Below are positions 40,578-51,108 of a stretch of DNA of 64,000 nucleotides, piece by piece. Made by a program: the position numbers and the translations under genes. The DNA comes from an uncultured delta proteobacterium (GTDB taxonomy: Bacteria; Desulfobacterota; RBG-13-43-22): NCBI GenBank assembly GCA_963711835.1, contig CAVQFQ010000016.1, positions 32,001 through 96,000 on the forward strand, read 5' to 3'. A model generated the notes under the pieces. The model did no database searches. It was not told where the DNA came from and saw only the letters and a list, made by a program, of their open reading frames with translations. The stretch's first letter is position 1. Each line of letters begins with the position of its first letter.

Positions 40578-41945
40578 TTATTTATAACAGCAGAAAAATT
40601 CTTTGCCTTTTACGGCAATTTTATCATTCAGGAATCGGGCCTTGTAACCGCCGGCATTCCGGATAATATGGTAGCTCATTTCAGCCCGCAGACCTGTTTC
40701 GCAATGAATGATAATCTCTTTATCTTTGGGCAGTTCGGCCAGGCGCCCCTGGAGGCTGTCCAGAGGGATATTGATGGCCCCTTCCAAAACGCCTTCCGAG
40801 GCCTCTTCTTTGTTGCGGACATCCAGAATCAACTTATCCGCCGGGCGCACCTTAACCACATTCATAAACTCGTCGCCGGAGATCTCGCCCGGATGAGGAC
40901 GGGGGATGTAGAATATCGTCGTTCTGACCTCCCCTTTTTGAACGGGCCGATTTTTAGCCAGCCATCCTTCAAAGCCTCCTTCAAGAACCCGGATCCGTGA
41001 ATAACCCCAGGAGGTGATCATTTTTACTGCCGGCTGCAACTCCTTCCAGTCGGATTTGTCGGTGTATAGAATAATCGGGGCTTTTCGGTCGATCGGGAAT
41101 TGAACCTTTTCCTTTTCCAGATTTTTCAGATCCAAGGCCACCGCGCCCTGAATATGGGATTTCTTTGCTGCTTCAACCCCTCTCAGGTCCAATAGGACCA
41201 GGTAGCCCATCATTTGCTCCACAAAAGCACCATCGGTATAAAGGACATTACCTGTTTCACCCCAGACCGGAACGCCGGCATGGAACACCTTGACATTGGT
41301 ATAACCGAGTTTTTCTGCCTTCCTGGCAGCCATAGGACTAAGCACTCAGGTAAATCCCTGGCAGTAAAAAATGACCAATTGATTTTTGTCCTGGGGAAGC
41401 AGATTGGTCAACTTGTCAAAATTAGGGAAGGGCTGATTGACAGCTCCGGGGAGCCGCTCCTCCTGGAAACGGTAGGCCGGCCTGGAATCGAGCAGGGTAA
41501 ATTTTCCTTTCTCAGGCCCCAGATCCACCAGTTTCTTCATTTCCTCCACCGAGAGAATTTGGTTCTCCGGAACCTTGATTTTTGGTTTGACTACAACCTT
41601 ATCCGTATGCAGGCCATCCGGCTTTTCCTCGTAATAAACCTTAACGGACGCTTCAATCGGAATTTCCCTTAGACTGGGGGCATTTTCCACCTTGGTCCGG
41701 GGGTTGTATTTTACGGTCTGGACCTTTGGTCCGACCTTAACGGTAATCAAGCCGGCCAAGCGGGAGTAGGACTGAAAGTCCCCCAAAATCAATTTCTGTT
41801 CAGCCGGATAACTGTGGCAGTTGACACAGTTGGGCGCCCGGAAGGCGGTCACATCGCTCGCCGCCGGGGTTTCGCCGGACAGGTAGAAAAGACCCACCGC
41901 CGGGATCAAGAATCCGATTACATAGGATAGCCATCGCGTTTTCAT
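40578..41945 (-). CDS. Exported heme-c, triple-rhodanese putative selenoprotein (455 aa, Sec200)
   Basis: ORFs 41346-41945 and 40578-41345 share a frame and are separated only by TGA at 41346-41348, giving IFYCQGFT-U-VLSPMAARKA. Signal peptide, CVNCH, third rhodanese HCETGLRA, C-terminal CCYK. Confidence 0.85.
41305..41348 (-). promoter_or_regulatory. Bacterial SECIS-like hairpin
   Basis: UGA, 16 nt, then stem CUGCC / loop AGGAA / GGCAG; possible lower pairing GAGU:ACUC. Confidence 0.65.
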
Positions 41946-41948
41946 AAT

Positions 41949-42203
41949 TCAGATATTCCTCCTTTTTTGAATGTATAAACTATAGGACCCGCCTTCCCTG
42001 CCGGTCCCAATCAAACACTCGTCAGCCGAACGGGATACCATAGTCAACAGATCATTCCGTACCCCGTCATTATTGACCACGACCTCCAGGACGCCCCCTT
42101 CCGGTATTTCCTTCAATCGTTTTCGAAACTGCAGCAAAGAGATGGGACAATCCAGGTTTCGGATATCCAAAACAAGGTCGGGCCGACAATTAACATCCTT
42201 CAT
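41949..42203 (-). CDS. TusA-family sulfur carrier
   Basis: LDIRNLDCPISLL...GGVLEVVV; ATG 42203 overlaps the end of the upstream peptide ORF. Confidence 0.85.
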   Translation of the reverse strand: MKDVNCRPDLVLDIRNLDCPISLLQFRKRLKEIPEGGVLEVVVNNDGVRNDLLTMVSRSADECLIGTGREGGSYSLYIQKRRNI

Positions 42204-42288
42204 CTCTGGATCTTTTCCTCCCACTGGGCACAGGAGCCGGGATGGGGGCGGGTGCGACCAAAGATTGTACTAAGAGGTTTTTCTTCAT
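42190..42288 (-). CDS. Unannotated 32-aa peptide MKKNLLVQSLVAPAPIPAPVPSGRKRSRDEGC
   Basis: First ORF after the sigma54 promoter, AAAGGAGG RBS-like sequence upstream, overlaps the TusA start; below the ORF-track length cutoff. Confidence 0.55.
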   Translation of the reverse strand: MKKNLLVQSLVAPAPIPAPVPSGRKRSRDEGC

Positions 42289-42356
42289 AACTTCAATTTC
42301 CCTCCTTTCTTCCGGTAGCTGAAAGAATTAGAGACCAAATTCTTTTTCTTAATAAA

Positions 42357-42373
42357 AGCAACTTCCATACCAA
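42357..42373 (-). promoter_or_regulatory. Sigma54 (-24/-12) promoter
   Basis: TTGGTATGGAAGTTGCT, i.e. GG-N10-GC, about 70 bp upstream of the peptide ORF and divergent from a sigma54 activator. Confidence 0.75.
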
Positions 42374-42440
42374 ATTTATTATTGATCTTTAAAACAAATT
42401 AACTTATTAAAATCTATTATATTATCCTTTCAGATACTTC

Positions 42441-42521
42441 TGTTAACTCTGTTCGGGATGTTGCTTATTGACGTTAACATAATTAACATGTATTAACCTA
42501 TTTAGTTAAACATGAATTAAC
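42441..42521. promoter_or_regulatory. Cluster of TTAAC repeats, candidate enhancer (UAS)
   Basis: GTTAAC at 42442 and 42473, ATTAAC at 42482, 42492 and 42516, GTTAAAC at 42506; 70-150 bp upstream of the sigma54 promoter. Confidence 0.45.
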
Positions 42522-42533
42522 CTCGAAGTTGCA

Positions 42534-42656
42534 TAAAAATTGATCGATAAAGAGTTTTTTATCAATCAAAACAATTTGTTCTGACGATTTTGGCATTGGG
42601 GCCAAAATTCACCCGGGGTGAGGTGCGGCATTTAAAAAATTATCGATCAATTTTTA
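42534..42656. repeat. 17-bp perfect inverted repeat pair
   Basis: TAAAAATTGATCGATAA (42534-42550) and TTATCGATCAATTTTTA (42640-42656). Confidence 0.7.
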
Positions 42657-42802
42657 CCCTTCGGGAAAGTCTGGGAGGCCGCATCTCCTTTGTTGTCCAG
42701 GACTCGCAGTATGCGTATACAGCGTCGCCCTGGACGTCTCGGATCTGCAACCTCCGAGACTTTTACAACATCGAGGTAAACTGGCGGGGAAAGGATTAGC
42801 CT

Positions 42803-44175
42803 ATGAAACCGGAAGATTGTTCCCTTTACTGGGAGTCGGTAGTCGACAATATGGTGGACGGCTTACTTATTGTGGATACTGAAGGAACTATCATATTTAT
42901 CAATCCTGCGGCCGAGATCATCACCGGTTATAAAAAAGAGGAAGTGGTCGGCCTGCCCTGCACGGTCTTCGAGAGCGATACCTGCATGCTTTCCACCCCC
43001 AACGGAACCGTCAAGCGCTGCAATCTCTTCGAGCAGGGCATTGTCACCCGCAAACGCTGTATGGTCAAACGGAAGGATGGTTCCGCCGTCTATCTGCTCA
43101 AAAACGCCACGGTGCTTCGCAATGTCCAGGGCGAGGTGATCGGCGGGGTTGAAACCCTGACCGACATCACCCAACTGCTCAAGAAGGATCAGGAGATTGA
43201 ATTTCTCAAAAAGGAATTGACCCAGGAACACGGCTTTCACGGCCTGATCGGGAACAGCTCCTCCATGCAGCAGGTCTTTGATTTAATCAAAAACGCCGCC
43301 GAATCCGAAGCTCCGGTGGTCATCCTGGGGGAAAGCGGCACCGGCAAAGAACTGGTCGCCGCGGCCATTCATAAGCTTAGCCAGCGTCACAAGGGTCCCT
43401 TTATCAAGGTCAACTGCGCTTCACTGAATGAATCCCTTCTGGAAAGTGAACTTTTCGGGCATGTAAAGGGGGCCTTTACCGGGGCCGAGCGGAACCGGAT
43501 CGGGCGTTTTGAAGCCGCCAATCGGGGCAGTATTTTTCTGGATGAGATCGGGGACATCCCCCCTTCGGTTCAGGTCAAACTGCTGCGGGTGGTCCAGGAA
43601 AAAGAAATCGAACGGGTCGGAAGCCACGAGCCTATAGGGGTTGATGTGCGATTGATTTCAGCCACCAATAAAGATTTGAGAGGGTTGATGGACATGGGAC
43701 ATTTTCGGGAGGATCTCTACTACCGCCTGAATGTCATCCCCATTGCCATCCCGCCTTTGAGGGAAAGAAAGGAAGATATCCCCTGGCTTACCGAGACCAT
43801 GATTCGAAAAATCGCCTTGCGCAGCCAGCGACCTATTCAGGGGCCTTCATCCGGAGGCCATGGAATTGATGATGAACTACCCCTGGCCGGGCAATGTGCG
43901 GGAACTGATTAACGTCCTGGAATATGCCTTTGTGGTCTGCAAGGAGAAAGTGGATCAAACCGGAGCACCTGCCGGCCTATCTGAACCAGAAGCCGGGTCG
44001 TTTCCAGGCCCTGGAATCTCGCAACTCCAAAATCGCCGCAGAGGAGCCGGAAAAGATCCGCCTTCAAAAAGCCCTGGATCAGGCCGGAGGGAAAAAGTCC
44101 GAGGCCGCCCAGGCCCTGGGCATCAGCCGGGTGACCTTGTGGAAGAAGATGAAAAAGTTTAATCTGTCCCCATAG
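42803..44175 (+). CDS. PAS-domain sigma54-dependent activator (bEBP, Fis HTH), split by two +1 indels
   Basis: PAS, GESGTGKE, ESELFGH, GAFTGA, WPGNVREL, AAQALGISRVTLWKK; extra G at 43840-43843 and extra A at 43947-43949. Confidence 0.88.
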
Positions 44176-44226
44176 CTCTTATCTCTTTTATTCTGATGGT
44201 GCGCCTCAGTAATGCCTTTAGAGTGT

Positions 44227-44279
44227 TGTCATTCCGGGCTTGACCCGGAATCCAGTCTTTCTAGTTCTGGATTCCTGCC
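44227..44279. repeat. Small palindromic intergenic element
   Basis: TGTCATTCCGGGCTTGACCCGGAATCCAG...CTGGATTCC nested hairpins between convergent genes. Confidence 0.55.
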
Positions 44280-44432
44280 GATCGGCTTAAAACCTCGTCT
44301 CTGGGAAAAGCGAATAGGCGGCGGTCAGTTTTAGCCGGGTGCCGCGCTTCGCGGGATCGCTCGGCTAAAAATTAATTTCCGTAGTTATCGGTGTGGGTCT
44401 GCGGCAAAAATGGTTTTCCTCCAATTCCCCAC

Positions 44433-45911
<1,479 letters not shown>

Positions 45912-46085
45912 TCAGTGCCCTTGGCGCATGGTGAACTTTCCATTCGCGATAGCGATGGCCTTTTTTGCCTGTTCATTAGCCTGCCCCGTAGGTATTAATA
46001 CGGGATCGAACAGGCAAAATGATGGTCCGTTTTTGTCCGTGTGCGTCTGTGGCTAAGACTAAAAGAAGAATTATCAGGAGGGGTT

Positions 46086-46556
46086 ATGTTTGAATTGGAT
46101 ATTCCGGGATTCGGGCCGGTTCATTTAGAACACCTGATTTCCGATTTTACCGGCACCTTGTCGGTGGATGGAAAGTTAATCCCCGGGGTCCGAGACCGTC
46201 TGAACACCCTGGCCGAAATTATGACGATTCACATCCTGACCGCCGATACCTTTGGACGGGCCCGGGAAGAACTCCAGGCAGTAGACTGTCGGATTATGAT
46301 CCTCACCGGTGCCGATCATGATCTTCAAAAGGAAGGCTATGTCAAAAGTCTGGGGTCTGAAGGGGTAATAGCCTTCGGCAATGGTAACAATGACCGCCGG
46401 ATGCTGAAAGCCGCCAAAATCGGAATAGCGGTTTCTGAAGGGGAAGGCTGTGCCGTAGATGCCATTCAGGCGGCCGATATCCATGTCCGCAGCGCCCTGG
46501 AAGGTCTGGATCTCCTCCTCCATCCAAAGCGTATGAAAGCGACCTTGCGGTTTTGA
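46086..46556 (+). CDS. Soluble HAD-family hydrolase (P-type ATPase-like)
   Basis: DFTGTL, TADTFG, GNGNND; RBS AGGAGG. Confidence 0.85.
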   Translation: MFELDIPGFGPVHLEHLISDFTGTLSVDGKLIPGVRDRLNTLAEIMTIHILTADTFGRAREELQAVDCRIMILTGADHDLQKEGYVKSLGSEGVIAFGNGNNDRRMLKAAKIGIAVSEGEGCAVDAIQAADIHVRSALEGLDLLLHPKRMKATLRF

Positions 46557-46640
46557 ATCCCGGTCAAGCCTTTTTCTCCCCCTCCCGGGATCAAAAACCC
46601 CTTCAAACCCAAGCCCGGCTCCGGGTTAGCAAAAGCCTTG

Positions 46641-47453
46641 TTAGTGAATCAGCCGGCGGCGCATCAGGCGCAGTGCCAGGGGCAGGGTAATCAGGCAAAA
46701 ACCCAGTAAGTAAATTAGATTCCAGATCAAAGAAGGCCGGAGGATGTTCAGGGCCAGGGCCCGCGTCAGTTCCACAACATGAGTCAGGGGAAAAACCCAG
46801 GCCAGCCACTGGGCCCACACCGGGAGTTGCTCCAGGGGGAAAAAGGTGCCCGAGAAAAGGAACATGGGGGTGATAAAGAGGAAGACCGGAAGATTAAAGG
46901 ATTCGATGTTGGGCATGATGGCCGTGAAGCACATGCCGGCTGCCCCGAAGGCCAGCCCGCCCAAAAGGGAAACCGGAATGATGAACAAGGCTAAGGGAAA
47001 AGACAAAAGGGAAAAAAAGGAAAGGACGATCATCATCAAGAAGGTAGCCATAAGGGATCGGGAAGCGCCCCAAATGATTTCTCCCAGAATGACCTCTTCC
47101 AGGGTCAAAGGAGTGGCCATGAGGGCGTCAAAGGTCTTTTGGTAATACATGCGGACATAAGAAGCATAGGTGTTTTCAAAAAAGGCATTCTGCATGATGT
47201 TAATCGCCAAAATACCTGGAGCGATGAAGGCCGTATAGCTGACCGACTGACGGCTGAAGGTAATATTTCCTACCAGGTATCCCAGACCGGCCCCAAAGGC
47301 CAGGAGATAAAAAAAGGGCTCCAGAATTGGGGGCAGGAAATTAATTTTCCAGGTCTTGACATAGACATCCCAGTTGCGCTGCCAAACCCTTAAAAAATGC
47401 CAGCTGATATCGTTCAGCGTTCGACGTTCGGCGTTCGGTGAGTGTGAAATCAT
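46641..47453 (-). CDS. ABC-2 exporter permease (NodJ-like)
   Basis: FIAPG, TFDALMATP, PMFLFSGTFFP. Confidence 0.88.
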   Translation of the reverse strand: MISHSPNAERRTLNDISWHFLRVWQRNWDVYVKTWKINFLPPILEPFFYLLAFGAGLGYLVGNITFSRQSVSYTAFIAPGILAINIMQNAFFENTYASYVRMYYQKTFDALMATPLTLEEVILGEIIWGASRSLMATFLMMIVLSFFSLLSFPLALFIIPVSLLGGLAFGAAGMCFTAIMPNIESFNLPVFLFITPMFLFSGTFFPLEQLPVWAQWLAWVFPLTHVVELTRALALNILRPSLIWNLIYLLGFCLITLPLALRLMRRRLIH

Positions 47454-47464
47454 CGTTCCTCAGC

Positions 47465-48376
47465 TTATTCGCGCAGGCCCCGGCCGGTCAGTTTTAAAAA
47501 AACGTCTTCCAGGGTAGCCATGCGCAAGGTACAGCCGCCGACGCAAAATTCCCCTGAAATCTGACGGAAGAGCGTCTCCCCTTGGCTGGTATAAATCAGC
47601 AGCCGGCGGGAGAGGAGTTCAAAGGGGATCTGCCGGGATTTCAAGAAGTCCTGGAGGGCAAACCCGGGATTATCCACCTCTATGACGTTCCCTCCGATCT
47701 GTTGCCGGATGAGATCCAGAGGTTTTCCTTCCACCAGGATGCGGCCGTGATCCATAATCACCAATCGGTCACACATCTGCTCCGCTTCATCCATGTAGTG
47801 GGTGGTAAGCACTATACAAAGGCCTTTGGCCTTAAGCTGCCCGAGCTTTTCCCAGACCTGATGGCGTGATTGGGGGTCCAGGCCGGTGGTGGGCTCATCC
47901 AGGATCAACAATTCGGGATTGTTGATCAAGGCCCGGGCCAGGACCAGGCGCCGCATCATCCCCCCTGAGAGCTCCGGGATCTTGGCCTGCCGCTTATGGC
48001 CCAAGCCCATGAACTCCAGCAACCCTTCTGCCCGGGTGCGGGTTACGGCTGCGGGCAGATCAAAATAGCGGCCATAGACCTGCAGGTTGTCCCAAACCGA
48101 CAGGTCCGGATCCAGATTGTTTTCCTGCTGGCAGACCCCAATCCGGGCTTTAATCTCCCGATGGCGGGTGGTGATGTTCTGGCCGAAAACAAGCAGGCTG
48201 CCGCTGGTTACCGGGGAGAAACCGTAGATCATACGAATGGTGCAGGTTTTACCGGCGCCGTTGGGCCCCAGAAATCCGAAACACTCCCCGGCCTGGACAT
48301 AAAAGGAGATCCGGTCCACGGCTGTGAAGTCCTTGAACTGCTTGGTCAAATTTTCAGTTTTTACGACAGGTTCCAA
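47465..48376 (-). CDS. ABC exporter ATP-binding protein (NodI-like)
   Basis: GPNGAGKT, LSGGM, LDEPTTGLDP, TTHYM. Confidence 0.92.
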   Translation of the reverse strand: MEPVVKTENLTKQFKDFTAVDRISFYVQAGECFGFLGPNGAGKTCTIRMIYGFSPVTSGSLLVFGQNITTRHREIKARIGVCQQENNLDPDLSVWDNLQVYGRYFDLPAAVTRTRAEGLLEFMGLGHKRQAKIPELSGGMMRRLVLARALINNPELLILDEPTTGLDPQSRHQVWEKLGQLKAKGLCIVLTTHYMDEAEQMCDRLVIMDHGRILVEGKPLDLIRQQIGGNVIEVDNPGFALQDFLKSRQIPFELLSRRLLIYTSQGETLFRQISGEFCVGGCTLRMATLEDVFLKLTGRGLRE

Positions 48377-48395
48377 AGCCAGGCTCCGCTTTTAT

Positions 48396-49682
48396 TCAAT
48401 TCGATTGTTCTTCCTTTATAGGCACCCAGATCATGAGCAGCATAGCCGGGATGGAAGCGCAAAAGGCCATGATAAACATGTTGAGGTAACCCATCATTTC
48501 CACAATGATACCGCCGAAACCCCCGAAGACGGTGGAGACAATGGACATAATGGCTGATCCCACCGCATAATGGGAAGCCTTGTATTCAGGTTTACAGGTG
48601 CGCAGCAGATAGACGATCAGAACGGCGTTGCCGAGCCCGGCGGCAGCCTGCTCATAGGTGTGGACAGCGGCAATGGCGGCCAAGCCCCAGGGAGTTTGGG
48701 CCTGAGGCATGGACCAGGCCAGCCAGACATAAGCCCAGATATTGAAATTCATGAGGATGGTCAAGGGCCAGATGGCCTTTTTCAACCCCTTTTTCTTGAT
48801 CCAGAGCCCGCCGACAGAGGTCCCGACGATGGCCCCCAGGGCCCCCAGGATCCCGCTCAGCCAGGAAAGCTGAGCCTTGGTCACACCCAGTTCCCGCATA
48901 AGAAAAGGCGTGCCCATGGAAAAAAGTATCTCGTCGCCGATCTTGTAGGTGACGATAAAGAGAACAATCAGGATCACCCTTTCCTGCTGAAAATAGGTGA
49001 AGAAGGCCTGTCCAAAATCCCGGCTGATCTTGGCCGGAGACCAGCCACTCTCAGGGCGATCCTTCTCGAACCTGGGGAGATGCCAGATATGAAAGAGAGT
49101 CAGTAGGGTCATCGTCAAGGCGGCCCCCCCAAAGGCAAACCCCCAAGGTCGGTAGACATCGCCATCCCCGAGCCTGGCGGCTGAAAAGGCCGCCAAAGCC
49201 ACAAAGCCGCTGCGAACCAAAATAACCGCCAGACGGTAAGCAAAAACGCGGTAGCCGGTATAGGCGGCTTGTTCCTTTGGGTCCGTCAGCCCTTCCATAT
49301 AATAGCCGTCAATGGCAATGTCGTTGGTCGCTGAAAGAAAAGCCAAGACAATGAAAAGGACGGATATGACCCCCAATACCCAACCGACCTCAGCCTGATG
49401 GGCGGCGCTGAAGCAACTGAAGGAAACGCAAATGATCAGTAAAGAAATCAGGGTCTGGACGGCGATCATCCAGGTTCGCTTCGTTCCGATGAGGTCGACA
49501 AAGGGAGCCCAGAGAAACTTGAGGTTCCAGGGGATCCCCAAAAAGTTCAGGTAGCCGATATAGCGTTCCTTCAGACCGATATCGGTGAAGAAGATCGAGG
49601 AGAGCAGCCGGATGACCGCAAAGGGCAGCCCTTCGGCCAAATAGGTTGTAAAACACCAGACGCTGGTTTTTTTCAGATTCAT
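48396..49682 (-). CDS. AmpG-family MFS transporter
   Basis: AEGLP, PWNLKFLWAPFVD, SATNDIAIDG. Confidence 0.85.
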   Translation of the reverse strand: MNLKKTSVWCFTTYLAEGLPFAVIRLLSSIFFTDIGLKERYIGYLNFLGIPWNLKFLWAPFVDLIGTKRTWMIAVQTLISLLIICVSFSCFSAAHQAEVGWVLGVISVLFIVLAFLSATNDIAIDGYYMEGLTDPKEQAAYTGYRVFAYRLAVILVRSGFVALAAFSAARLGDGDVYRPWGFAFGGAALTMTLLTLFHIWHLPRFEKDRPESGWSPAKISRDFGQAFFTYFQQERVILIVLFIVTYKIGDEILFSMGTPFLMRELGVTKAQLSWLSGILGALGAIVGTSVGGLWIKKKGLKKAIWPLTILMNFNIWAYVWLAWSMPQAQTPWGLAAIAAVHTYEQAAAGLGNAVLIVYLLRTCKPEYKASHYAVGSAIMSIVSTVFGGFGGIIVEMMGYLNMFIMAFCASIPAMLLMIWVPIKEEQSN

Positions 49683-49701
49683 GAATGGAGTGTATGGACA
49701 G

Positions 49702-50328
49702 TTAAAAACCCGACTTCAAGGCCCTCCTGAGCTCCGAGGAACCCTGGCTATAAAAATGATCGGCCCCGGAAATAATTTTTAAGGGGGGCGGCTGATCCAT
49801 GTCCTTCATTAATTTTTCCAACTCCGCCAAAGGGCAAAAAGGATCGGAATCGCCGGTAATAATCATGAGGATTTTGGCTGCGTTCATCAGGAAGGGGAAG
49901 TGGGCCAGGGGCGGGGAGACCAGGATCGAACCCAGCACCCCGGCCTGGGTTGAGGCTGCCTGGGCATTAACCCAGGCGCCGAAAGAATAACCGGCCAGAG
50001 TGACCTTCGTGATCCCATTTAGTTGGAGATGTCGAATGGCTGCGGCCACATCTTCCTGTTCTCCTCGGCCGTCATCAAAGTTCCCCTGGCTTTGGCCCAC
50101 CCCCCGAAAATTAAACCGCAACGTCGTCCAGCCCATTTCATCGAAGGCTTCATGCATTATTTCCACCACCGAATTATGCATATCCCCCCCATAAAGGGGA
50201 TGGGGGTGGGAAATGACGACCCCCTGGGAGGAACTGTTTTTTTTGAACAGGCCCTCCAGAAAAAGAGAGCCGCAGGGAAACATTATTTTTTCTGCTTGAC
50301 CTGCCCTCATAATCTTTCCTCTCGCCAT
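49702..50328 (-). CDS. Alpha/beta hydrolase
   Basis: HPHPLYGG, RFNFRGVG, GYSFG, ADHF. Confidence 0.88.
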   Translation of the reverse strand: MARGKIMRAGQAEKIMFPCGSLFLEGLFKKNSSSQGVVISHPHPLYGGDMHNSVVEIMHEAFDEMGWTTLRFNFRGVGQSQGNFDDGRGEQEDVAAAIRHLQLNGITKVTLAGYSFGAWVNAQAASTQAGVLGSILVSPPLAHFPFLMNAAKILMIITGDSDPFCPLAELEKLMKDMDQPPPLKIISGADHFYSQGSSELRRALKSGF

Positions 50329-50350
50329 CTGCTTAAAATTCCGTGTTCCT

Positions 50351-50379
50351 TTGACAGAAAATTTTGGTCATGGTATTAA
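50351..50379 (+). promoter_or_regulatory. Putative sigma70 promoter
   Basis: TTGACA-17 nt-TATTAA with an extended -10 TG, upstream of the LUD gene. Confidence 0.5.
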
Positions 50380-50427
50380 ATCTTATAACCAATTGCAATC
50401 ATATAAAAATTACTGAAGGAGGAACTT

Positions 50428-51072
50428 ATGAGTACGGTTTATGAAAAATATCATGAAAAGACGGCCAGGCAGATTATTGCCGAACTGGAGAAAAAACGAA
50501 TGGTCGGCAGTTTTGCCCCCACCATAAATCAGGCTAAAGATGAGGTTATAAAAATGATCCCGGCCGGATCAACGATCTTCCGCTGCGGCTCCACCTCCCT
50601 GGTGGAAATGGGCCTTTGGGAGGGCCTTAAGGCCATCCCTGGGTTAACAATCATCGATCCCTATCTCCCGGAATTTTCACCTGAGGAAGGTCTGGAGCAG
50701 CGGCGTAAGGGCCTCACCGCCGATATCATGATTTCGAGCGTCAACGCCATCACGCTGAACGGCACCCTGGTCAATCTGGACGGTATGGGAAATCGGATTG
50801 CGGCCATGGCCTTCGGTCCCAGGAAAGTCATTTTAGTGGTTGGGATGAATAAGGTGGTCCCGGATTTAGAAACGGCCCTGAAAAGGGTTAAGCACCAGGC
50901 CGCCCCCCTGAACAGCATCCGCTTGGGACTGCCCAATCCCTGCACCGAAACCGGTCTCTGCGCCGACTGCCGCACACCCAGCCGTATTTGCAATATGTGG
51001 TCTATCATCGAGGGCCAGGCCGTCAAGGACCGCATCCACGTCAAACTGGTCGGCGAGGCGCTGGGTTACTAA
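50428..51072 (+). CDS. LUD-domain (lactate utilisation family) protein
   Basis: NAIT..G.LVNLDG.GNR, VGMNKVV, PC...G.C.DC....RIC. Confidence 0.85.
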   Translation: MSTVYEKYHEKTARQIIAELEKKRMVGSFAPTINQAKDEVIKMIPAGSTIFRCGSTSLVEMGLWEGLKAIPGLTIIDPYLPEFSPEEGLEQRRKGLTADIMISSVNAITLNGTLVNLDGMGNRIAAMAFGPRKVILVVGMNKVVPDLETALKRVKHQAAPLNSIRLGLPNPCTETGLCADCRTPSRICNMWSIIEGQAVKDRIHVKLVGEALGY

Positions 51073-51108
51073 AAAGGGTTATTTCAAAACAATTAGTGAC
51101 TGTCCCCA

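Noticed and set aside
42750-42802. Moco/Wco riboswitch (CTCCGAG...GGAAAGGA)
   Set aside because: The span is far too short and the internal stems are missing.
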